DNA of 61,610 nucleotides, the filler included, from Nemertoderma westbladi (lineage: Eukaryota; Animalia; Xenacoelomorpha): the NCBI GenBank assembly GCA_032718475.1. It is 3 parts of 3 records of this genome, joined end to end, with 100 filler letters (N's around TTAATTAATTAA, not from the genome) between each part and the next. Parts side by side here need not be neighbours in the genome. Positions count along the whole stretch, not along the records: positions 1 to 30,109 come from JAUCBJ010002179.1; 2 more parts are not named here. The stretch is one strand, 5' to 3'. Both the position numbers and the translations under genes were made by a program. This document shows positions 1-10,900 of the stretch, in pieces (position 1 is the first letter of the stretch; the number at the start of each line of letters is the position of its first letter). The notes beneath the pieces were generated by a model that was given only the letters and a program-made list of their open reading frames with translations, was not told the DNA's origin and made no database searches.

Positions 1-3000
1 TCACTCACCAACCCCATTTACTAATTATATTTAGTACTTAGTTGACGAGTAATAAATACGGAATTTTATTTATTTACCAGTGTGCCACATAGGATACAAT
101 ACATCTTGTATTTTAATTCCTTTGTAGATTATTTTATCACAGTCATATATAATTTGTGTCGAGTTAATACCACATGCCTTGAATATATGTAAACATCTAG
201 ATGGACAAGGGTAAGTAAAAAAGTCATCAGTGATTATTTTTCTACCAGATACAAACCATATTTTAGTTTGTTTTTCAAACATTATATGATTAATCTCAAT
301 GGGAAACACATTATTTTCTTCCAATGATATGTAACAGTATCTATCGGGGGATGTACTAGCACATGATAATTTAAAATTCCGCGCTGTATTTAATAAAACT
401 CTGTAATACAAATATGTATTTGTGGATTCCACCACAGGAATTTCATGTTTTCCATTATGTTCGTTCCGATGGGTGGTACATCTACCATCTGCATATTTTA
501 GCAAACCCCTCTGCTCACTGAGACGGTTAGCTAGTTGCTCCAAGGGTTTGTAAGGAGAGCGAAGCTGACGTTTCATTTGGAATAAAACATTCTCGTATTT
601 AAACGAGCTAAATGAATCAAGTGGACCAAATCTGGCAGCATCCTTAGCCAAGTGAATGATTGAATGGACATTGTATGATGCCCAAGCTTTTCCATATAAC
701 TTAATTGAATGTTTGACAAATGCCCGTAGGCACATTTCAGCATATTCATTATATTTGAGATGAAATTCTTTGCTGATCAGAATGGTTATCCCTGTGTGAA
801 GCAGAAGAAAATTATGATAAACCTCCTGTGCTACATTCTTGCTTAAAACTACTGGTCCAATATATAATATAAATGTTCTGAATTCTGTGGCTTTCCACCA
901 TTTGACTTCGTGTATTGAACGGGGTTTTCGATTGATTTCATTTGGAATACATGATCTAGTAGAGATTATAATTTGCGATAATTTATCTAACACTGCCTTT
1001 GATAAACGTGTTTTTAATCGCCCCGTCATCCAAACTTTAGTAATTAATCGTTTCATTATTCCAAGAAGACAAAGATGCATGTAATCCAGTGGAATGTCCA
1101 ACACCATATCAATAGGTAAGTTCTCTATTATTGATATTCCATTATGATGTTCAGGATCGTGCTGATTTCGGAATGAATGATTTGTACGCAATTCTGCGTC
1201 TAACTCTGTAAATACTTGACGATTATTAAAATGCTCACCCTCAATAGTGCACTTATCACAAGAGTTATACCCTGTGTGCCCTTTGATGCATTTAGTTGCA
1301 GATCGTGCCGGGGTATCACAAATAATTCCCCCTGAATTATTCAACAGGCAACTAACATCATTCACAGGTAAACCTTTATCTTGAAGACTTTTCATTTCAT
1401 CAACATAGGGCGCTAAGTAGTCATTGAATGGATGCGGCTTCTTGGTACCATAAAATAACTGAATTATAAATGGTGGACAAAGATTGCAGTTTGTTAAACT
1501 GCCGATAATTGGCCAAAATTGTGCTGAAGAACTTCGAGAAATGGGAAGGCCATCAATGTTACTTTGCAAGCACAAAATTCTGTTATTTTCTGACACAGAA
1601 AGCACATCTTTGCATAGATTTCTACAAATGTGCGACATGGAAGTAATGCCATTTAATATACCAAAGTAACATAAATAGCCGCCAGCTACAAATTTTGGTT
1701 TAACAGGTACAATGGTACCCATTCCCGTGTTGAGTTTAAGTACAGTTCTAGGATCACTGGGCAAGGATTCGTCTATATGCTTTCTCAAAATGTCAAGAAA
1801 TCCTCTCAGAATGGTGTGATTAACATTATGACTTATAGCAAGCTTATTAATATCGATTAATAACCTGTTTTTGTCGTACTTGTATCCATCAACTGAAGAT
1901 ATTTCAGAAGACACAGAATATATTTCACATTCACTCTCGCTGACATCATCTTCACTCTCGACGGCTTCTGACAAAATTGGATTTTCATTGTCAATGCTTA
2001 CCGGTATTGCTTGAATATCATCATGAATGGGAATTGAAGAAGAAGAGGGAAGGTTGACAACTTCGCCACGGTCCACCTCAGTAACTGCGGTAGATGGCAA
2101 GGAAGGTAAAGTGCCCCCTTTTTGCTGCCCCATCCAGTTGAGTTGTCGGTGTGGGCGTATTGCTAATGCACCCAGTAATCGTTTAACTTCATTATTTCTG
2201 TGGTTTCTTCTGGATCGATTACAATAGGAAATTTTTGTATTGTTTATAATTTTACGTCTTTGTTCAGGCTTAACCATTATATTCCATTCTCAAATTTTAT
2301 CCAGTATGGTAATCCATGTCCGGTCCGTGTGTCTTATGACTAATAACTGCAAATTTTGGATTTTAGAGTTTTAGTTAGCGAAATAAATTTACATAAACAT
2401 TTAATTTGCTTTAATTAACACAGAAATCACAAAAAAGCAGGGTAATTCTGTCATTCACGGAATGCCGTATTACTATGCAATGCAGTAGTTACTGTTACCC
2501 TACTCTTATGGCGGTAAATGTTACCCTATTTGTATTTTTATTATTTTTATATTTTATCTAAATTTTTCTTGTTTAATATAATTTTATCTACCGGTAAGTT
2601 ATAAATTTAACTATAAATTTATAAACTATAAATTTATAAATTTATAACTATAAATTTAATATAAATTATGTTTAATTTTACTGTAAAACATTACAAACAT
2701 TTGCAGATGAATTAAACAATAACTACTGTATACTAACGAAATATGTTTTATATATAATACTGTAATAGTTCACCTGCTCGCAAGTCTCAACAAGACTAAT
2801 TGCACAAGATGGCAATTGACAGTGATATATAGGCTAGTCTAATTGTCTCTATGCAATAACAACATGTACTCCTAATGTGTAGTTGCTAGCGTGGGAAAGA
2901 AAACTGTTATGTTTCGTATATTGTGAATAGGCCAGCGGATATTTTTCGTATATTCCACGTTTGTTAACAAATTGTTCCCACGTCCACGTGCAACATCGTC

Positions 3001-3542
3001 TCAAAAGTCTCAAAACGATATACGAACAATAACCGTAATAAATCCCACCACTTTGCGTACATTGTCTGTATATTATTCTCAGTATATTTAATATTCTTGC
3101 TCATCGTATAATATGCTGAGATAATATACAAAAAATATCAGATAAACATCGTATTTGCACTCTTTACTTCCAGAAAACTATAAATATGGATAACGATATC
3201 AGCATTACATCGTCAACATGTATGGAAATCAGGAGTTATTTTAGTCAAAAATTTATTCCCATGAATAAATTCCTTTGTCGTTTACTGATATAACTGGAAT
3301 AACATATACATGCACAGAATATCGCTAAAAATAAATCTGATATTGCGTTTATCGGAGGTATATCCTTCAGTCACCTGATATGTTGGAAAAGTTAGTTACA
3401 TGCAAATGTTACAAGAGGGCTACAACAATGTTGTATATTAAAATAAATGTCACAAGAGGGCCACCAAAATATTAAAAACATATCTACAAATTTGGGAAAA
3501 CGGATATCCGACAGATACGACGGATATCGCATGCTGCTTGGG
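1..3542 (-). mobile_element. EnSpm-like DNA transposon; one terminus at 3542, other end outside the window
   Basis: The minus strand starts CCCAAGCAGCATGCGATATCCG at 3542, a CCCA-type terminus as in animal EnSpm-like elements. Subterminal repeats follow (AAATGT(T/C)ACAAGAGGGC x2, CGGATATC x2), upstream of the transposase. TSD cannot be checked. Confidence 0.6.
70..2277 (-). CDS. EnSpm/CACTA (CMC)-type DDE transposase, apparently intact, 735 aa
   Basis: Uninterrupted ORF with motifs typical of animal EnSpm-like transposases: LPSDPRTVL, NIDGLPISRSSSAQFWPI (D1), ICDTPAR...IKGHTGYNSCDKC (D2 plus Cys/His cluster), PLDYMHLCLLG, WKATEFRTF, YNVHSIIHL, SFSSFKYEN (E). Confidence 0.85.
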   Translation of the reverse strand: MVKPEQRRKIINNTKISYCNRSRRNHRNNEVKRLLGALAIRPHRQLNWMGQQKGGTLPSLPSTAVTEVDRGEVVNLPSSSSIPIHDDIQAIPVSIDNENPILSEAVESEDDVSESECEIYSVSSEISSVDGYKYDKNRLLIDINKLAISHNVNHTILRGFLDILRKHIDESLPSDPRTVLKLNTGMGTIVPVKPKFVAGGYLCYFGILNGITSMSHICRNLCKDVLSVSENNRILCLQSNIDGLPISRSSSAQFWPIIGSLTNCNLCPPFIIQLFYGTKKPHPFNDYLAPYVDEMKSLQDKGLPVNDVSCLLNNSGGIICDTPARSATKCIKGHTGYNSCDKCTIEGEHFNNRQVFTELDAELRTNHSFRNQHDPEHHNGISIIENLPIDMVLDIPLDYMHLCLLGIMKRLITKVWMTGRLKTRLSKAVLDKLSQIIISTRSCIPNEINRKPRSIHEVKWWKATEFRTFILYIGPVVLSKNVAQEVYHNFLLLHTGITILISKEFHLKYNEYAEMCLRAFVKHSIKLYGKAWASYNVHSIIHLAKDAARFGPLDSFSSFKYENVLFQMKRQLRSPYKPLEQLANRLSEQRGLLKYADGRCTTHRNEHNGKHEIPVVESTNTYLYYRVLLNTARNFKLSCASTSPDRYCYISLEENNVFPIEINHIMFEKQTKIWFVSGRKIITDDFFTYPCPSRCLHIFKACGINSTQIIYDCDKIIYKGIKIQDVLYPMWHTGK

Positions 3543-4293
3543 ATGTGAATCTAAAGGAAAGCCAATTAAATTCATTGGAGGACACTGTAACCAATGGTTA
3601 GCTGCCACGGAATTTTGCATCTTTGGCATAGACAGAGACAAAGATGGCTCGAATAAAGTAAAACATTTTTGTATTTATAAAGAAATTGTCAAAGAAATGG
3701 TTGATGGTTTACCGGTTTTTGGTTTACCCATATGTGGACCTGTTGGATCTATTGTGGGTGTGCGTGTGAGCATGAGATGGGGTAATCTTGGTTGGGTTGC
3801 TACTAGTACTAATCATGTAGTAATAGTAGATATAAGTAAGCTAGCTGCCATATCCATAAGTTACTTGAATCATCCCGGTGAATTGATCAGTTGCTGGGGA
3901 CGCAATTTCGGTTTTTATGGAAAAAACAGCAGCTGGTTTTCGACCACCACTAAACGGTCGTTTACCTTGTACCGGTATAGGTTTAAACAGGAGGATAAGC
4001 CCGATGCAACGCGCAAAACGTGGGAGTTGGAATCGACGTATGGGGTCCTGGAATGCGGAACATCAGTTCCTATTGGTGGAGTTGACGAGTTTCCGGGTCA
4101 TTGGTTGCTTCCGATGATAGAAAACGATAAACATGTTGTCAGTGTGTACCGTGACTGTGGCGGTTCTAACGTGGCGCAACGTCGTGGTTGTATCGATGTA
4201 GACGGTTTCGGTGGAATTGCGCGTCTAAAGTCTGCAAAGGGGTTCTTTATTTGCCACATAAATTCTAATAAGTTGGTTTTTATAAAATATTAA
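3543..4293 (+). pseudogene. 3' part of an unknown beta-rich (propeller-like) protein gene, cut at its 5' side by the EnSpm element
   Basis: ~250 stop-free codons, GC-richer than the flanks, with a protein-like alternation of short hydrophobic strands. The track's TTG start lies inside the transposon terminus. No family recognised. Confidence 0.45.
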
Positions 4294-4538
4294 TAATTAA
4301 TAATATTATAGGTATACTTACATTTAATTCATATACGATCATTAGTGTTATTTATTATTACAAAGTAAAATACTACTATTTTTAATTAAAGTGACAATAT
4401 GTTCTGTTATTACTAATGATTAAATTATTATTAATACATTTTGTCTTAATAATTATTGCTTCTTACATTAGAACAATCATCGTATGTGCATGATCTTTGT
4501 ATACATTCTCATAAAAGAATCAAGTCTTGATAATGCAA

Positions 4539-4790
4539 GGGGAGTCGGAGTAGCTCAGTTGGTTAAGCGCGAGACCTGCGAACTATTGGTTTAAGGTTCG
4601 AGCCCCACCAGGGTCCAATCAGCCTTTCATCAACTGGGGGTCGACAAAATGAAACCAGTTGAATTACTTGGAGCAAAACTTGGGATAAAAGTATACAATA
4701 TAAATATATTTATATAATGCATGTGTGTATGTTATTGTCTACAGTAGAACAGTGTGTATTGATGACGAATAAAGGCCTACACTACTATGG
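4539..4790 (+). mobile_element. tRNA-derived SINE (family A)
   Basis: A box TAGCTCAGTTGG (4551-4562) and B box GGTTCGAGCCC (4595-4605). Then CAGCCTTTCATC...GGGGTCGACAAAATGAAACCAG, resembling a conserved SINE central domain, and an AT-rich tail. No full cloverleaf. Confidence 0.75.
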
Positions 4791-7700
4791 GGCGATGGGG
4801 TAATGGGGCGCTTTGGTTAATTAAACACCCACTGGACTACAACCTCAAGAGGTATAAGATGAATTATTATTAAATAACGGGAACTCACTTATTCAAGGGT
4901 GAATTATATTTATTATAATTATCTATTGTTATAACGGTAATGTCTTCGGTAGCATTATTGCCGTCGCGCTGGAATTAAACACCTTTATTGGAAAAAAAGT
5001 AATCGATTTGTGCCAAGTTTATATGCGAAACATTGATGTAGTTCAATCAATATGTATTATTATATATATTCGACATTCTTACGGATTGTATACCATGGTA
5101 TTTTATTATTCAAAGCAACATACCCCCCACGTTTAAACTAAAGGCATATGGAGCAGTTGGCATAAAACGTTTGTATATTAATACTGTAAATAAAATAACC
5201 TTACCATTTATATTGCATTAGCGGGTCACACTAAAACGTTATCATTTGTTTAGATTGTGATAATTCAACGAATTTTATTACATACCCTACATTGATTGCA
5301 TTACACACATACACATGTTGGTGATATATATATTCAAACGCCTACGCATACGTAGGTATGGGGCAGCTGCACTAGTCTTTGGAAAACAAGTGGTAGGGTA
5401 GCCAAACTGACATTATAATAGTTGCATTATGGATAACTAAATTAACATTACGTACACTAATTGTCACACAGATTGTTTCTAAAGTATGCAAATACAAAAT
5501 CACTTTATATTATATAGGGTACAATAAAAACCTATAGCAGGCCTACATCCTTTAAAATTGATCTTCTATCAGAAATACAGTTTAACTGTAGACAAATGTA
5601 TAGTGTAAAATTACAGTATGAAATTGTAGGATTTAAGATTGCTGTTTAAATGCGTCGTCTACTCAAACACTATCACTATTTCAGTACATCTGCTAGCAGC
5701 CAGCAATAACTCAGTACGGTAAGCTCTTTCTAAAATACCGGTGCATGAGCCAGGGTTTGGAATTATTAATTTTTTCATATTATTATTGTTTTTTTTTTGT
5801 TTTGTAATAATTTATTAAATATAACATTTTTTTGTACTTTTTTTGCAAAACGTAAACCTAGCCACACCTATATCCTGCTGTTACAGGTGATACCGGTATA
5901 CCCTTAATATAATGACAACTAATCAATGAGTCAAACCCCATAACATATATCCCACTTACACTGTTATAAAAACATTGTTATAAGTATTAGCGGTAGGGTA
6001 ATGTGTAGTTAGTCTACAGTACTTGGCTTATTAAGCTAAACTGCATGGCAATGCATTGCAGTGCCATAGTTTTCCATACTTTTTGGAGTATGTTTTATAA
6101 TAATTTAACTGGTATGGGAAAGTGGGGGGCAAATTTCTAGATGGTATGGGATGAACCAGTATGAAATGAAATATGATTTCAATCATTACCAAATGGATCC
6201 GAAAAGGGGAAAAAAAATCAAAAATACGCATAAAAAATAAAAAACAATTCTTTTGTAGTTTTTGAAAAATAGTGTTTTAACAAACACTGACATGAGCACA
6301 GTGCATTGCAAATAGTAATGCACGATTGTTTGTGAAACAATAATATTGCAGCTTACTTTATATTGCAGTACCTTTTTAAAATTTTATAAATCTCCAGGAA
6401 AAAAACTGTTAGAATTAACATCCTAGTGTCTATTTGTAGGCTGTAATCCGACTGTATAAACTCCTACCTTTTACACCATGAAGAAAAATATCGCTAAAAC
6501 AATAGTAAACATTAAATAAATAAAATATTATTATATAAAATCAAATAGATTTAATAATACTGGCCTATCTGGATGCGGTAGATAGTGGCGCACTGAGAAA
6601 AGTGATCTCAAGTGCAAATTGGTCGCATTTGAAATAAAGTTTGGTTTATTGGTTTGGTTAGAAAACACAACGATGACATTGTGTCACCTCCTCGCAAGCT
6701 GCTCCATTTCTTTAATGTTTCTAACTAAATTAAACAAAAAATAAAATAAATTTATTTCGCGCCATTAACTCGATACTGACAAGTCAATGATATAATACAC
6801 CTTGAGGCTTAAGCAAAAGGGCCATTAAAGATATCTGCAATCGTTCTGGTACTTTTGTAAACAAAATGCCTTGAACATTTGAATGTGAATTTACGAGCTA
6901 ATCTTGCTGTACAGTGTGGTTCCAAAATCTTTAACAAATTTAGATATATCATTTACAATTAAAACGATAAACCGGAAAGGCTATTGTTAAGATACCCTAC
7001 TTGTCAATTTATGCCTAATTATTTTTCAAATTGTAAAAAATTATAAATGTGGTCAAATAATTAATGTATCGAAATTCATTAAGTATGGGGGAATAGTTAT
7101 TGATATAGTTATTTGTATTAATTGAATAAGCAATATGCATACAGTTGTAGGCCCGACACTGTAGTAGCGTGTCAAATTGTAGATCTATATACCATATAGG
7201 TATAAGTATACCGTATAATACCGTATATACCGTATAAGTATACAAGATAGGCCTGTTTTTCCCACAACGGCCTAAGCTATATCATTCAGTAAGAAACTGA
7301 AAGTTTATCAAACATTATTAGCATTGTGATAGTGGCATCAAGATATACATACGGTGAAACATATAACTTCAGCAGTATCTAACTGTCATGTTGTTAATCT
7401 TGTGTGTTGTGTGGGTTCACTGCTCGGTGAATGCTACAACAATAATTTATATTTAGCTTTAGTAACATGTTTTCTGTAAAGCTAATTAATAATAATACTT
7501 AATAATTATTCGATACATTGCATTGCATGCACGCACAGCCCAATCTCAGAAATAATATAATAATGTTAATGTTTATTAAAGTATGGAAGATAGGCCTATA
7601 TTTGTTTGCTCCGTTGCCATGTGAAAATCGGTATTTACAGTAACAGTTGCGGTATTGGAAGTTTATCTCTTCCATCTACCGACAGCCTAAACTATCATTA

Positions 7701-7964
7701 TTAGTTAAACGGAAGAAGTACGATTGTGTTTTCGGGGTTTTATGGATTCTGGCTGGAAGAATTGAACCGATAATATAATTTCTGGAGGCATTTTTCAACT
7801 GTAATATGAAGATTAACACTAGGCCTACGACTTTTTCCTTTTGATACATAATTTATATCACATGAGCGTAAAGGGAAGATGTCAGCGTCCAATGAAATAT
7901 GCGTTCGATAGATAATTAATGAAATTAAACGATATCTGGAACACCTAAGATTATTAATTGCAAT

Positions 7965-10900
7965 ATGTCATTGCGAAATCTAGAAGAGGAGAATCGAATT
8001 CTTAAATCGGTGAGTTAAACCCCTTCACTACTCACTAGAGTTGCCATATTACAGTTACTAGAAAATAAGTAATAATAGTGATAAACTGCAATGAGAGTCA
8101 ATTTATCTGTAAAATACACAGATAAATTTATGAAGAAGTGCTTTCAGATATATGTAATGGAAGTTTTTCTAATTATTACAAATGTAATAAAGTGTTCCGG
8201 CACACTATGTTAATTGAAGATATATATAGACGCACATTGGCCGCAAGTGAGATAAAGTTTTATTTATTGTTTTGGTTAGAAAACATCGCTATGTAACCTG
8301 CTCCTTTCCCTTAATTTTTTAAATTTAATTAATTTTATAAACCATGTAAACACATAGCGGTCGTTTCATTTTCATTTTTCATTTATTTGTTTTATTTACT
8401 TCCAGCATTGTTACAGTATATATATACTTATAATTGCACATTTTATTTAATGTGAATTAAAAACTGACAAAGTTATGTTGATGAAGTAGGACGCCGCCTT
8501 GTCGCAATGCGAGTTGAGTGGCGGTCGCCCTAAAATGTGAAGCCTATGGATGATATGATTATGAAGATGATCAGATCTATGCAATACCATCTGTTTATAA
8601 GCACAAACAGCGGTGGTTGCGGTTGCGGTTTGCGCAATTGACTCATTGTGACTATGACTATGTTACTTAAGAGTTGAAATCAGTAATTAAACAGTAAAAT
8701 ATAGTCCATCCATGGAATACTAAATATAGATATAACTGTATATTTAGTATTCCATGGTCCATCTTTTTAAATTAGGCAGCAGTTTATTTTTTGCCATAGC
8801 TTCGCGAGTTTTGATCTTAATTTGAATTTATAAATTTTTTAGATCCTGGCTCAAAAATGAAAATTTTGTAGGTATAAGGGGTTTCGAGGATGCGGATCAC
8901 GATAAAATTACGACTCGTTAAAAATCATTTGTGGTAACGCAACCCATTATTAATGCTAGTCTAGTAGGAGTGGGACGAAAAACAAGTACAGTAGCATAAA
9001 ATTTCAAACGGCAAAAATCGAATTTAGTTTGATAATACGATATTTTTGAGTGTCATATTCGTGATCAACGTCCCAGAAAACCCCTAATGGCTAAAAATAA
9101 AGTTGATTTGGTAATGATTTTTGATTATCAAATTTGTGCTACTTGTATTTTTCGTGCCTCACATTGACACGTGTCCAAAAATGCCGTATTCAACAAGGTA
9201 CGATATTTTTTCAGTGTCATATTCGTGATCAGCATCCCAAAATAACAAATAAACAAATTCAATAAAGGTCATAAAATTGGTTTGATTTCATGATGATTTT
9301 TCATTATCATGTCATTACTCATCATCATTACTTGATTTTTTCGTGCCCCAGAGGGCACATTAAAAATTACCAAAAATGTTCTCGAATGTTATATTTGAGT
9401 TCTATAATCGTGATCAGTGTCCAAAAAACCGCTATATACCGCAAATAAATTAATTTTAGTCAATTATAAAAACTTTTGAGAATTTTTGCACGAAAAATAC
9501 TGGAGATGGGTGCAAGAATGGGACAATAGCACGAAATAGCCGTAGCACATAGCCATAAAACACATAGCCATATAAATGGCGTTTGATCTGTTGGATAGCG
9601 AGCCCATTAAATTTTAGGAAAAGTCAATAAATCTCGGTTTTCCAAAGGAATAAGATTTTCGACTCGACCTTGTTGACCGACTACAAAACACTAACATCAA
9701 ACAAAAACGCTCCCGTATCATGGAATTCTATAATGTCAAATGAAAATGACATGTCACACATCACCACCCACCTACTACCATGGCTCGCCCCACCACACTT
9801 TCGTGTACTCAGATTCTAACAGCTACCCTAGTCCATATATATTGCTATGTAATTAACTGATATCTGTGCTTCGAATCCTATTTATTTAATGCTTACTTAC
9901 ACTTGTACAATTGTGCAATTTTACTATATCAATTTAATTGATTAAAACAAATGAAATGAAAAATGTTCCGATGCAAGCCTACAGTGCATCGGAATGTTTG
10001 CCATAGCCCTACACTCGATGGTACGGATTTCTTTCTACCATTGTCATGTAGAGTGGGACCAAACTACAGCGCAACAAATAGATCGACAGAATAATACATA
10101 TATATATGTTGTTTTCCGATTGGGAATATGAACTTTACATGAACAGTTGTCGCTAATATTGACCCCTATTTTATATTGACCCGTATTTTACCTTTCCCTT
10201 CTGTGGAACCAGGTCATGGTGGAACCGGCGCACATTCAATTTATTTGCATCTGCTTATCAGCAGCAATTTAATTGATAATTTTTCATATTAATAGGTAAA
10301 AACAAAGCTTTTCATATTTTTTCGGATTTATCTTCGTGTTTTTGTTGATGATATCTTCACGAGTTCTTTCAACCGGATATAGAAATCGTTATCGACTCTG
10401 TTGCATGTATAGCTGTCTGGTGTCGGAATGCTTGCCTTTACTTCCGTCAGAGCTCAGGAATTCTTAGCCCGCGAGTATTCTTAGCTCGCAAAACAATAAA
10501 GTTTATTGTTTTGGTTCCCCCAATACGCCTCTGAAACCTGCTCCTTTACTAACCTGTTCCTTTACTAACTCGCGGGCTAGGAATACTCGCGGGCTAAGAA
10601 TACCCGCGGGCTAAGAATACTCGCGGGCTAAGAATACCCGCGGGCTAAGAATTCAACCGATTCGCAAACCAACCAACCCTGATGCAATAAATAGTTCACA
10701 TAATGTACTATTTTGAAGGTTGGGCAATTAAATTACGTTAATTAGTATTTTGTGATCAACTGAATTATTATTAAACTAATTGTCGCTTTGCAAATGAATT
10801 ATTCAAGCATTTTAATTAGCTGGAATATGGCTACATTGTTATACTTTGTCCAGCACAGTAATAATATCCTTTACTTTAAAGAGACTAATAAGTAATTGTG

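Noticed and set aside
4541-4612. Functional tRNA gene
   Set aside because: A and B boxes are present, but the acceptor and anticodon stems do not pair well and it continues into a SINE core.
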